The translations under genes and the position numbers were made by a program. DNA of 16,837 nucleotides from positions 64,001 to 80,837 of the IMG/VR virus record IMGVR_UViG_3300038603_000024. The stretch is one strand, 5' to 3'. Shown one piece after another: positions 1 to 7,382 of the stretch (position 1 is its first letter; the number at the start of each line of letters is the position of its first letter). The notes beneath the pieces were generated by a model. That model did no database searches. It saw only the letters and a program-made list of their open reading frames with translations, and was not told where the DNA came from. This DNA comes from a virus. Its lineage: Duplodnaviria; Heunggongvirae; Uroviricota; Caudoviricetes.

Positions 1-1
1 T

Positions 2-244
2 AAATGGCTGAAGGATCTTTTTGCATCCGCTGAAAGTAGCAAGATCTACACGTGGCGGATTGAGTATGGGAATGATCACTCTGTGACGGTTAAGAGTTGT
101 CTAGGTGAAGACTTGATGGGGATGTGTTTAGCTAAAGGACATTGGTTTGAATTCTCAGAGGAGGACTACCCTCACAAGACCTTTTTCGTGTCGCTCAAGG
201 GCGCGCGCATAGTCCGACTGATTAGCGTAGAGGATATGGATTAG
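2..244 (+). CDS. Hypothetical protein, 5'-truncated by the window edge (KWLKDLFASAESSKIYTWRIEYG...RLISVEDMD)
   Basis: Open frame from base 2 to TAG at 242-244, read by hand; no start codon inside the window. Confidence 0.65.
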   Translation, partial: KWLKDLFASAESSKIYTWRIEYGNDHSVTVKSCLGEDLMGMCLAKGHWFEFSEEDYPHKTFFVSLKGARIVRLISVEDMD

Positions 245-312
245 CATTTGCCCCTTGCGCTTTCTGCCACAGGTGGTATTGATAGGTATCCAAGCCAATG
301 AGGAGAAAAGAT

Positions 313-708
313 ATGGTCAACCAAAACAAAGAGGACGTGAATTTCGCCAAAAGTGTTAGCGAAAGCTTTGCCTTGCAACCCAAGCCGCCGGGACTTAAAT
401 TTGAGGAGCTTAGCATTGGTGAGGCAGCTTTCACGATTTACGGAGATGGCCGCATCAAAATCAGCAGTCAATTAACCCCCGACAAAGCCGCTAAAACAGC
501 GTGGGACGTATTTGTCGGCATGGTTTGCGAACACAATAAAATCGTTGCCGAACGTGAAGCTCTGCGATCTGAACTTAACTCAGTGCGGAGTAAGGTATTG
601 CAGGAAGTGGCTTCTTGGTATGATAGCAAGGGGTGGCTTCTTGATGAAATGGAAGTGCCCGATGCTATCCGCGCCCTCAAGTCTACCAACAAAGGAGAGA
701 ACCAATGA
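313..708 (+). CDS. Hypothetical phage protein with a C-terminal EREALRSEL...DAIRALK module
   Basis: AGGAGA RBS before ATG 313 (shorter than the ORF-track call); ATGA overlap with the next gene. Confidence 0.8.
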   Translation: MVNQNKEDVNFAKSVSESFALQPKPPGLKFEELSIGEAAFTIYGDGRIKISSQLTPDKAAKTAWDVFVGMVCEHNKIVAEREALRSELNSVRSKVLQEVASWYDSKGWLLDEMEVPDAIRALKSTNKGENQ

Positions 709-911
709 TGACGCATGAGCAGCTTCTAGACAAATGGTCCGACACTATCGACAAGTGGAACACCACCACGGAGAAGCTGGACAAAGCATACGACAGGCTT
801 TCATACGCCTATGAGTTGGACCGCATTTTGTCGTGCATGGATCTAGGCGAACATGAGGCAGACATCGCCCGGTGCATGCAGGGTTTGATGGGGAGGGGCG
901 GCGATGAATGA
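705..911 (+). CDS. Hypothetical protein, 68 aa
   Basis: AAGGAGA RBS; coupled overlaps at both ends. Confidence 0.75.
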   Translation: MMTHEQLLDKWSDTIDKWNTTTEKLDKAYDRLSYAYELDRILSCMDLGEHEADIARCMQGLMGRGGDE

Positions 912-1236
912 TTACAGCTTCTCAGTGCCGGATGGCATTAAAGATGAGATGCGTGATATGCGTAGCGCGATTGAACAACTTACTAGCTCTGCTCTTGATG
1001 CTTCTGTTCGCAATAAAGAAAGCCTTATCTTTGGTGAGTTATCAAAGCGTGTTGATGGATTCGATCTGGAAGCGTTTGATAAAAGCCGCTTGTCGGCCAT
1101 TCGCCGCACGGGCGGAGATAGGACAGTATATTGCTTAAATGGCAAGCCATTTATGGAGATTGTGGATTTGGACATATCCAATGATGGGGATCGTATGGTG
1201 TTCAATCAGAAGTACAGGGTGATTGACGATGAGTGA
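904..1236 (+). CDS. Hypothetical protein, 110 aa
   Basis: GGGAGG RBS; overlaps both neighbours in operon fashion. Confidence 0.75.
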   Translation: MNDYSFSVPDGIKDEMRDMRSAIEQLTSSALDASVRNKESLIFGELSKRVDGFDLEAFDKSRLSAIRRTGGDRTVYCLNGKPFMEIVDLDISNDGDRMVFNQKYRVIDDE

Positions 1237-1450
1237 CGACAAAATCACAGAGTTATTTCCTGGCCAATCCTCTGGCTCGGTTGACGCTATCGCAGAGCAG
1301 GCAGAGAACGAATGCGAGCGCCTCATGTGCATTGGCTTTACGGAGGACGGGCAACTGGTCATCAAGGCGAGCGGTAACTTCCCTGTGGCGGAGATGATGT
1401 TGGCAATGGAGCTAACCAAACAGATCATCATTGATGACGCGTTGGCGTAG
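1229..1450 (+). CDS. Hypothetical protein, 73 aa (MSDDKITELFPG...)
   Basis: ATG 1229 overlaps the end of the previous gene; acidic, protein-like composition. Confidence 0.75.
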   Translation: MSDDKITELFPGQSSGSVDAIAEQAENECERLMCIGFTEDGQLVIKASGNFPVAEMMLAMELTKQIIIDDALA

Positions 1451-1499
1451 GTATGTTTGGTCTATTAGGCATATTCACTGAGCAGTAAAGGAACACAGT

Positions 1500-1670
1500 G
1501 TGGATTTTTTTATCAGCTTCCTATGGGGTGGCGGTGCCGTGGCAGTATGGCGTACAGTGGGCGCGTTTGATGCTATCTTCTGGCCTGTTTATTTGGGTCG
1601 GTATATGGCGAAGATTGCCCTTCGTGACTTTCATGAGAGCAAGTCAAAAGAAAAGCCCCGCCAGTTATGA
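1500..1670 (+). CDS. Small membrane protein, 56 aa (MDFFISFLWGGGAVAVWRTVGAFDAIFWPVYLGRYMAKIALRDF...)
   Basis: Below the ORF-track cut-off; AAGGA RBS 7 nt before GTG 1500; hydrophobic N-terminal half, charged tail; stop codon lies in the terminator hairpin. Confidence 0.6.
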   Translation: MDFFISFLWGGGAVAVWRTVGAFDAIFWPVYLGRYMAKIALRDFHESKSKEKPRQL

Positions 1671-1682
1671 CGGGGTTTATTT
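1651..1682. terminator. Probable bidirectional intrinsic terminator
   Basis: AAAAG-CCCCGCCA-GTTA-TGACGGGG-TTTATTT between convergent genes. Confidence 0.7.
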
Positions 1683-1694
1683 GTTAAGTAAAAG

Positions 1695-1949
1695 TTAGGC
1701 TTCAAGTGACGCCATAAAGCATCCGATCAAGCCCAGGCCAATATATTCTTCAACCCGTTTTGCAATGTTTGGGTATCTCATTTCCAGAATCTCCACAGCT
1801 TTTGCTGTTGTTTGGCCGCCCATTTCCTCCCGGATAAGTTCGGCAACCTTTTCTCTCGCTTCATTAGTTACAAATTCCATAATAATCGGGTCATTGCGGT
1901 AATTAGCGATGTGCTTTGCGGCTACGGTGGCGATCTGTTCGTTTGTCAT
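1695..1949 (-). CDS. Hypothetical protein, 84 aa
   Basis: AAGGAGA RBS; has its own promoter at 1976-2004. Confidence 0.8.
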   Translation of the reverse strand: MTNEQIATVAAKHIANYRNDPIIMEFVTNEAREKVAELIREEMGGQTTAKAVEILEMRYPNIAKRVEEYIGLGLIGCFMASLEA

Positions 1950-1975
1950 GGTGTATCTCCTTCTCTCTGATTACA

Positions 1976-2004
1976 GGTTTAGCACCTGTCCAAACGGACG
2001 TCAA
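1976..2004 (-). promoter_or_regulatory. Sigma70-type promoter containing a perfect operator copy (1988-1999)
   Basis: TTGACG-17 nt-TAAACC; GTCCGTTTGGAC in the spacer. Confidence 0.65.
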
Positions 2005-2033
2005 CAGTTTATTTGACAAAAAATCGACGGCGC

Positions 2034-2062
2034 GTGACAGCCAGTGGGGCTTGTGTTATACT
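2034..2062 (+). promoter_or_regulatory. Sigma70-type promoter for the terS operon
   Basis: GTGACA-17 nt-TATACT with extended -10 TG. Confidence 0.6.
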
Positions 2063-2114
2063 CAGGGCAGACCGCACATGCGGGTATTTGTTTGTTTACA
2101 CAAGGCAAAAGGTA

Positions 2115-2285
2115 ATGACATTTCAAGAATGGAGCGATGAGCGCGGCGGGTGGTTTCTCACTCACACGGAAACGGTACTCAAGAAATGGTGGGGCGAGCT
2201 GCAAAGCATCAACCTGGATGACGAGGAAATCGCCACCATGTTTGATGACATGCTAGACGCGCTGGAACAAGAGTTTGATTCGTGA
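2115..2285 (+). CDS. Acidic hypothetical protein, 56 aa (MTFQEWSDERGGW...)
   Basis: AAGG before ATG 2115, downstream of the promoter; the longer ORF-track start overlaps the promoter. Confidence 0.65.
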   Translation: MTFQEWSDERGGWFLTHTETVLKKWWGELQSINLDDEEIATMFDDMLDALEQEFDS

Positions 2286-2293
2286 GTTAACCA

Positions 2294-3244
2294 ATGAGCA
2301 AGGCACTTAAAGGAACAGGCATTTACGCGCTCATCTGTCCTACGACAGGGGCGATTAAATACGTCGGGCAATCCCGTAACATGCGCCGCCGGTATCAACA
2401 GCACTGCACGGCATCGGATGCATCATCGTCTCGACCTCTCGCCCTCTGGCTGGCCGAACTCCGCCTAGACAAGAAGAAGCCCAAAGCCATTGCCCTAGAG
2501 CAGATCACAGACACATCAATCCTAGACTCAGCAGAGAAGGGATGGATTAACGCTCTCTCCCAACGCTTTGAACTCCTCAACATGACAGCAGGTGGCGCAG
2601 GAGCTGTAAAGGGCGAAGGAACAGGCCAATCCGCCCCAGTACGTATGCCAGATGACAGCGACGTAGAGGACGCCATCAAGCGCGCTGTACACAAGGTGAA
2701 GTCCAAGCCAAAGAACCCTGTATTACAGAGGCCAAAGTCTAGTAAGAGAACCGCTCCAACATCTGGGGCAACAGAGCTGCAACTCACTGCAAAACAAGAA
2801 GCTTTTGCCTTTGCCTACGTGGAAACAGGCAACGCATCCGAAGCGTACCGTAGGGCATATGACGTAAGCCCAGACACTAAACCAGAGTCGATTTGGTCGC
2901 TGGCATCACGTCTCCGTACGGACATTGTGGTCGCGTCAAGGATTAAAGAGATCCAGGACGAAATGTCAGAAATGGGCATGATTACGCTCAATTCTATCAC
3001 GAATGACCTAAAACATGCACGAAATTTAGCGGAAGAGCTGGAAAAGCCGGAAACTATGGTCAAAGCAACGACGGAAATCGCGAAGTTGCACGGTTTAACA
3101 GCGGAACGGGTAGAGATTACTGGCCGAAATGGCGGTCCTGTTGAGACAAAACAGACGACTGATGAGAAGGATTTGGCGCGCAAGCTGGCGTTTTTGCTGC
3201 GTCAGGGCGTGAATGCTATTGAGAAGGGCGATGGGGAGGAATAA
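2294..3244 (+). CDS. terS: GIY-YIG endonuclease domain fused to terminase small subunit
   Basis: N-terminus GIYALICPTTGAIKYVGQS..R..QH, later AEKGWI..LLN (GIY-YIG motifs); C-terminal half LTAKQEAFAFAYVETGNASEAYRRAY...VASRIKEI...EIAKLHG...VEITGRNGGPVE typical of TerS. Confidence 0.85.
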   Translation: MSKALKGTGIYALICPTTGAIKYVGQSRNMRRRYQQHCTASDASSSRPLALWLAELRLDKKKPKAIALEQITDTSILDSAEKGWINALSQRFELLNMTAGGAGAVKGEGTGQSAPVRMPDDSDVEDAIKRAVHKVKSKPKNPVLQRPKSSKRTAPTSGATELQLTAKQEAFAFAYVETGNASEAYRRAYDVSPDTKPESIWSLASRLRTDIVVASRIKEIQDEMSEMGMITLNSITNDLKHARNLAEELEKPETMVKATTEIAKLHGLTAERVEITGRNGGPVETKQTTDEKDLARKLAFLLRQGVNAIEKGDGEE

Positions 3245-3255
3245 CCCCTAACCCT

Positions 3256-3283
3256 TTGACTTTTACCGCGTATCTGGTACTGT
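3256..3283 (+). promoter_or_regulatory. Sigma70-type promoter
   Basis: TTGACT-16 nt-TACTGT with extended -10 TG. Confidence 0.55.
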
Positions 3284-3362
3284 GAATTGCGGTCCGGTGG
3301 TCGGGCTGCACGGCTCTGCGCGTTGTGGAGCTTTAATGAGAGCGAGATATTGGAGATATACG

Positions 3363-3773
3363 ATGAGTATTATTGCTGAGGATGAGCCTGTAGAGACTGA
3401 GGGCGCAAATCTGCTGGTGGAAATTCGAGACTGGGAGGATCTGTCTGACCTTGGCTCCAGGAAGCTGATTGCGGTTACTGAGATTAGGCGTAAGGCTTTG
3501 GAATCAGGCGCAGAAGTCGTAAAGCTGGTGGAATTTGAGAGCCAGTCGGGCGACAGTAAATACATCGGAGTTCTCTGCGGTCTCAAGATGAATCAGTCCG
3601 GCATTGAGTTTTGCAGCGTTGAGGCGGATCTGGACGAAGGGCAAGAACGCGATGAGGCAATTGCGAACTCCCTAGAGCGTATGCCGTGCATGATTTCTCA
3701 CAACGTCCGCTGGTCGCTTGAGGATCATCTGGTGCAATATCAGGCCAAATACGGTGAGCTAGACGACGAATAA
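3363..3773 (+). CDS. Acidic hypothetical protein, 136 aa (MSIIAEDE...)
   Basis: GGAGA RBS before ATG 3363; no family recognised. Confidence 0.75.
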   Translation: MSIIAEDEPVETEGANLLVEIRDWEDLSDLGSRKLIAVTEIRRKALESGAEVVKLVEFESQSGDSKYIGVLCGLKMNQSGIEFCSVEADLDEGQERDEAIANSLERMPCMISHNVRWSLEDHLVQYQAKYGELDDE

Positions 3774-3784
3774 TTACACAAATA

Positions 3785-3829
3785 GAACCACTGCTCCGGG
3801 GCGAGCATCCCTAAAATGCGGTGGTTTCT
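3785..3829 (+). terminator. Terminator-like stem with an internal hairpin
   Basis: AACCACTGC...GCGGTGGTT stem followed by TCTT; inner GGGG-CGAGCA-TCCC. Confidence 0.45.
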
Positions 3830-3887
3830 TGCACTATCTTGACAATTTGGCCGATATGGCTGTTATTTTAACCAGGAAGAGGGCGAT

Positions 3888-4100
3888 ATGATTTCATACG
3901 ACACGAATGCAACTGACTTTGGAAAGTCTTATGTCAGCCCTAAGCAGGTGGATTTGCCACGCCTGATGCTTAATCCTGCGCCGAATGGTGGTTGGGTGGT
4001 TAGCAAGGCACCTAATGATATGGGTGCGATTCCGGAAACCCTTGGCGCGTACAGTAGCACGGAGGACATGCTGGAGGCTTTGCGCCAAGCCCTTGGCTAG
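3888..4100 (+). CDS. Hypothetical protein, 70 aa
   Basis: GAGGG RBS; followed by a terminator. Confidence 0.75.
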   Translation: MISYDTNATDFGKSYVSPKQVDLPRLMLNPAPNGGWVVSKAPNDMGAIPETLGAYSSTEDMLEALRQALG

Positions 4101-4122
4101 GACTCCTCACATCAAAGCAACT

Positions 4123-4153
4123 GGGCCGCAAGCGATAAACCTGCGGCCCTTTG
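4123..4153. terminator. Intrinsic terminator between convergent genes
   Basis: GGGCCGCA-11 nt-TGCGGCCC-TTTGT. Confidence 0.65.
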
Positions 4154-4164
4154 TGTGTCTGGGG

Positions 4165-4437
4165 TTAGTTAACGCGTATGGCGTAAACCTCAACAGGGCC
4201 AGGGCCGAAGTGAGGATGCGTGATGGTTGTTTTTCGGTATCCTTCCCAAGGGCGGGTAATGCGCCTGCTAGTGTCGCCCTTTGACGGATATCCTCTGGAT
4301 AATTCAATCTGATCATATTCCCGACCCTCGAGGCGCTTGGCCCAATACGGCGTGGCAAGCCGGTATTCCTCAGCCTTCTCTCCGCTCTTGATCTGGTCGA
4401 AGTAAACGCCTTTTAGTGCTAAGTGCAGCGTCTTCAC
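4165..4437 (-). CDS. ASCH domain protein (PUA-like fold)
   Basis: LHLALKGVYFDQIKSGEKAEEYR contains the ASCH GxKxxExR motif; AAGGAGA RBS; GTGA overlap. Confidence 0.85.
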   Translation of the reverse strand: MKTLHLALKGVYFDQIKSGEKAEEYRLATPYWAKRLEGREYDQIELSRGYPSKGDTSRRITRPWEGYRKTTITHPHFGPGPVEVYAIRVN

Positions 4438-4697
4438 CGTCTCTCTCCTTGTGTCTGGGGTTGGGATTGATCCGCAGGCCGGTGCCAGCGCTCTTTATAC
4501 TTGTCGATGAAATCCGCCGGGAACTCGGTGCGGTATCCGCATCCGCAGGCGAATTGCTCGCCATCCCAGTGAAGTCGCGGCAGTCCGCATTTCTCATAGC
4601 TACCGGCGCAGTAGGGCGCATATCCGGGCCGTTTCATCAGGTTGTTTCGGACGATACTTCCGTAGTCGGTGGGGTCTTCAATGTCGCCTTGGGCCAT
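4434..4697 (-). CDS. Cys-containing hypothetical protein, possibly Zn-binding, 87 aa
   Basis: GAGGAGA RBS; PYC-x6-C...CGC pattern. Confidence 0.75.
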   Translation of the reverse strand: MAQGDIEDPTDYGSIVRNNLMKRPGYAPYCAGSYEKCGLPRLHWDGEQFACGCGYRTEFPADFIDKYKERWHRPADQSQPQTQGERR

Positions 4698-4732
4698 CTC
4701 ATCTCTCCTCAGTTACTGTGTTGCGGGTGGGG

Positions 4733-4957
4733 TTAGATTTGCGATACGATCCACTGATATGCTTCAGATACAGAGTCCGCGCCAGTCCCCGGCGTCTCAA
4801 ACACTACACTCCCATCGCTGTCAAAGACAAAGGTTTCTTGTCCATCTGCGGCCAAGCTGATCTCGTATCCATTGTGGAAAAACTTAACGTTTGTGGCATA
4901 CGGGAATACAGTCACCTCATGATCTGCGCGGATATCGTTATGTGGCTTACGTTCCAT
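4733..4957 (-). CDS. Hypothetical protein, 74 aa (MERKPHNDIRADHE...)
   Basis: AAGGAGA RBS before ATG 4957; promoter at 4981-5010. Confidence 0.75.
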   Translation of the reverse strand: MERKPHNDIRADHEVTVFPYATNVKFFHNGYEISLAADGQETFVFDSDGSVVFETPGTGADSVSEAYQWIVSQI

Positions 4958-4980
4958 ATCATCTCTCCTTTTCCTACCCC

Positions 4981-5010
4981 TTCCTAGCATGTGGCCGTTT
5001 GGACCGTCAA
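4981..5010 (-). promoter_or_regulatory. Sigma70-type promoter with operator (4993-5004, 11/12 match)
   Basis: TTGACG-GTCCAAACGGCC...TG-C-TAGGAA; the -10 element is weak. Confidence 0.55.
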
Positions 5011-5012
5011 TG

Positions 5013-5243
5013 CTAGATAACCAGGTTGCCCAAATAAAACTCTCGCCCGTCGTCAGCCACTGCCAGAAACTCCCTAGAAGTAACGCGCCCGTGTTCATTC
5101 TGATGCGTCCGCATGCGGTAGGTGTGGGCGAACGCATAGGGGCGGATAAAATCGCGCAGGGCGGTGAAGCTGTCGAAAATGCGCCACGCGGGCAGGGACC
5201 ACCCGTCCCTGCACATTTGCGCGCTGAACTCCGCCCGGATCAC
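5013..5243 (-). CDS. Hypothetical protein, 76 aa
   Basis: GGAGG RBS; GTGA overlap with the upstream gene. Confidence 0.7.
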   Translation of the reverse strand: MIRAEFSAQMCRDGWSLPAWRIFDSFTALRDFIRPYAFAHTYRMRTHQNEHGRVTSREFLAVADDGREFYLGNLVI

Positions 5244-5410
5244 TGGCGTACCTCCCAGATCAGATAGGCCAGTTCGTCGTCACCCTCAAGCTCGGCAAAG
5301 CCCTGCATCATTTGCAGATCCCCGACGTTTACACGGGACACCAGAAATTCGCGGGCGTCGGCCTCAGACTTGGCGAACTCGGTTTTCAGGGTGTTGAAAA
5401 GTGCGGTCAT
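5240..5410 (-). CDS. Hypothetical protein, 56 aa (MTALFNTLKTEFAKSEADAREFLVSRVNVGDLQMMQGFAELEGDDELAYLIWEVRQ)
   Basis: Read by hand; AGGAGG RBS; promoter at 5450-5478. Confidence 0.75.
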   Translation of the reverse strand: MTALFNTLKTEFAKSEADAREFLVSRVNVGDLQMMQGFAELEGDDELAYLIWEVRQ

Positions 5411-5449
5411 GATGTGGCCCTCCTGCGGCGCTGTGTTCCGTTGTCTAAC

Positions 5450-5478
5450 TTTATAGAGATGTCCGTTTGGACCGTCAA
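5450..5478 (-). promoter_or_regulatory. Sigma70-type promoter with a perfect operator copy (5461-5472)
   Basis: TTGACG-17 nt-TATAAA. Confidence 0.75.
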
Positions 5479-5502
5479 GAGAAAATGTGGGGGCTTTCTG
5501 AT

Positions 5503-5769
5503 TTATGTCACGTCGCGCCAGTCGTGGACGTAATTGCTAGAGTGCTTGGCTTTGTAATCCATGCCAAGGTAAATCCAATCCTCTAGCTCTGTGCTGTTAC
5601 GCCCTTCAATCTGCCACTCATGCCGTTGGAACTTGTGTCCATTGCAAATGCAGAACCAGATCCTGTAGGCGGGCCGCCCGTGGTATCCGAACTCATTCCA
5701 GTCGGTTATCCGACAGTCAGCGTCGGCGAAGTCTGTTGGCTCCAGGTTGTCACGGAGGAGGCCGCCCAT
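5503..5769 (-). CDS. Trp/aromatic-rich hypothetical protein, 88 aa
   Basis: TAATG overlap with the upstream gene; fills the operon gap. Confidence 0.65.
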   Translation of the reverse strand: MGGLLRDNLEPTDFADADCRITDWNEFGYHGRPAYRIWFCICNGHKFQRHEWQIEGRNSTELEDWIYLGMDYKAKHSSNYVHDWRDVT

Positions 5770-6011
5770 TACTGGGCAACCACTGGTGCTTCGTGAGTTT
5801 CGGCAGGTGCGACCATCCGGTAAGTCTTATTGCCAAGACCATCAACGCCGCTCTGCTCGATAAGGCCACGCTTTACGCCGATGCGAATAGCAGCGCTCAC
5901 AGTATTGGACCGGCCCATACGTGGCTGGAAGAATGCCGGGATGATGTCGTATCCCTGACGGCTGCTTTCGATCATCTCTGCCAGTTTAGCTTCGGTTGCT
6001 GCGGATGCCAT
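5769..6011 (-). CDS. Hypothetical protein, possible winged-helix DNA-binding, 80 aa (MASAATEAKL...)
   Basis: TAGGAG RBS; VSAAIRIGVKRGLIEQSG...KTYR resembles a recognition helix plus wing (weak). Confidence 0.65.
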   Translation of the reverse strand: MASAATEAKLAEMIESSRQGYDIIPAFFQPRMGRSNTVSAAIRIGVKRGLIEQSGVDGLGNKTYRMVAPAETHEAPVVAQ

Positions 6012-6056
6012 GTCTCTATCTCCTATCTCTGGGCGCTGTGCCCTCTCTCTGAGACC

Positions 6057-6085
6057 TGTATAAGTCCAAACGGACAGGGCGTCAA
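6057..6085 (-). promoter_or_regulatory. Sigma70-type promoter with a perfect operator copy (6064-6075)
   Basis: TTGACG-17 nt-TATACA. Confidence 0.75.
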
Positions 6086-6108
6086 TAGGAAAATGCACAC
6101 TCGCAAAG

Positions 6109-6136
6109 AAAAACGCACCGACCTAAGCCGATGCGC
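6109..6136 (-). terminator. Intrinsic terminator
   Basis: GCGCATCGGC-TTAG-GTCGGTGCGT-TTTT, right after the stop at 6143. Confidence 0.75.
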
Positions 6137-6142
6137 TGGGCG

Positions 6143-6364
6143 TTAGGTGAAGAACATCCACCCGTTATCTTCTTCGTCATCTTCGTCTACTCGCATCCAG
6201 CCAGGGTCTTTTAGCTTTTTCGCATCCCTATCGTTCACAATCACATAAGCGTCGGGGTATACTTGCACCTCGTCATGATAGCCGTAGATATTGCCGGTCA
6301 AGTTTCCGTTTGGCACATAATCTGACAGGATGTCTAGGGCCTGTTTCAGTTGATCAATAGTCAT
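6143..6364 (-). CDS. Hypothetical protein, 73 aa, acidic C-terminus ending WMFFT
   Basis: AGGAGA RBS; own promoter and terminator. Confidence 0.8.
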   Translation of the reverse strand: MTIDQLKQALDILSDYVPNGNLTGNIYGYHDEVQVYPDAYVIVNDRDAKKLKDPGWMRVDEDDEEDNGWMFFT

Positions 6365-6392
6365 CTCTCATCTCCTGGCTAGGTTACTTCAA

Positions 6393-6420
6393 ATAATAAC
6401 ACGATGGCAGCAGGCATCAA
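6393..6420 (-). promoter_or_regulatory. Sigma70-type promoter
   Basis: TTGATG-16 nt-TATTAT with extended -10 TG; preceded by the hairpin GGCCTCTT...AAGAGGCC at 6423-6457. Confidence 0.55.
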
Positions 6421-6467
6421 GCGGCCTCTTATGGTGTCATATTGTGAGCAAGAGGCCACATATGGCT

Positions 6468-6818
6468 TCATGCGTCGTCTCCGCTGAGTGCTGCTTTGGC
6501 ATATTGCATCCGCGCCCAGATTTCTTGCCCTACGGGGTGCGTGGGTAGATGGATACCCAGCGCGCGCCCGTCACCCATACATCCCGCTGTTGAGAGACGT
6601 TCCAGCGCCTCCCGCAGCCTGTCCACTTCCGCTTGCAGGGCGGTCACGGTGTCGGCGTGGTGGTACATTTGGCCGTGAGGATAATCTGGTGGATCTCCTT
6701 CCCAAAAGGTTCCGCAAGTCCAGTCGGGAATTTTTTCAGCCCCCTCGATCACTCGGAGTTCCTTGTCCTGTGGTACAATCAAATCCGGGCATACCCAAAT
6801 CCGTTCAGGCGCTTTCAT
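6468..6818 (-). CDS. Hypothetical phage protein with KAPERIW N-terminal module
   Basis: GGAGG RBS; module shared with 8537-8830. Confidence 0.8.
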   Translation of the reverse strand: MKAPERIWVCPDLIVPQDKELRVIEGAEKIPDWTCGTFWEGDPPDYPHGQMYHHADTVTALQAEVDRLREALERLSTAGCMGDGRALGIHLPTHPVGQEIWARMQYAKAALSGDDA

Positions 6819-6831
6819 CTCTCAATCCTCC
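6812..6831 (+). repeat. 20-bp direct repeat, copy 1 (CTTTCATCTCTCAATCCTCC)
   Basis: Identical to 6998-7017. Confidence 0.9.
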
Positions 6832-7004
6832 CATGTCAGCGCGTCAGCCCGGCCAGTAAACACCCGCCAAGCCAGCTTAATGCGACTTCCGAGGGAGGGA
6901 TACCCACAAGGCCGCGCAGGCATCCCGGTCTCACGGATCGTTGGCCCCTCGTTGATGTGCCGGATAAGGTTCTTGATGGTCCAGTTATTCGGTGCGTCTT
7001 TCAT
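6822..7004 (-). CDS. Hypothetical phage protein, 60 aa (PARPCGYPSLGSRIKLAWRVFTGRADAL)
   Basis: GGAGG RBS; C-terminal motif recalled from small phage proteins. Confidence 0.8.
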   Translation of the reverse strand: MKDAPNNWTIKNLIRHINEGPTIRETGMPARPCGYPSLGSRIKLAWRVFTGRADALTWED

Positions 7005-7017
7005 CTCTCAATCCTCC
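6998..7017 (+). repeat. 20-bp direct repeat, copy 2
   Basis: Identical to 6812-6831. Confidence 0.9.
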
Positions 7018-7382
7018 AGTGCTGCTTTGATATAAGACACGTGATGGTTCCAGGCTTTTCTTTTAAGGTGTGATAGAGAGTTCTTTGCGCTACTCACCGC
7101 GATCTCTGCGCCATAAAATGTCAGATGCCAGATTCCGTTTTGACCATAACCGCAAACTTCAATCGCATAGTCTCCAGAGGTATATCTAACGCCCTCATCC
7201 CTCCACACCAACGGCTTAACCTTCACCCCATCCGCGCTTTCACGGGCTTGACGGTAGGCGGTGAGAGCCAGAAGGGATGCAGCAAATGCGTTTGGCTCTA
7301 CATCCCTGCAATTAGCAATGTCGTCGGCAACCATTTCAAAGCGATTCGCCAGCGCATCCGCTGCTTTAATCAGATCGGTCAT
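7008..7382 (-). CDS. Hypothetical phage protein, 124 aa (AADALA...TAYRQARE module plus VKPLVW module)
   Basis: ATGA overlap; module shared with 8537-8830. Confidence 0.8.
   Translation of the reverse strand: MTDLIKAADALANRFEMVADDIANCRDVEPNAFAASLLALTAYRQARESADGVKVKPLVWRDEGVRYTSGDYAIEVCGYGQNGIWHLTFYGAEIAVSSAKNSLSHLKRKAWNHHVSYIKAALED

Noticed and set aside
1498-1698. ORF-track 66-aa CDS
   Set aside because: Runs through the terminator into the convergent gene; the frame starting at 1500 is more plausible
2395-3586. Long antisense ORFs over terS and 3363, and similar shadow ORFs across the window
   Set aside because: No RBS, opposite to well-supported genes, non-protein-like composition
3839-3869. 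Possible promoter and degenerate operator (GACAATTTGGCC) before gene 3888
   Set aside because: 19-nt spacer and only 8/12 operator match; insufficient support
5760-5770. AATGGGCGGC matching the core of the 13.5/13.8 kb repeat (also near 1815-1824)
   Set aside because: Lies in coding or start context (MGG) without the TTGACA; probably coincidence
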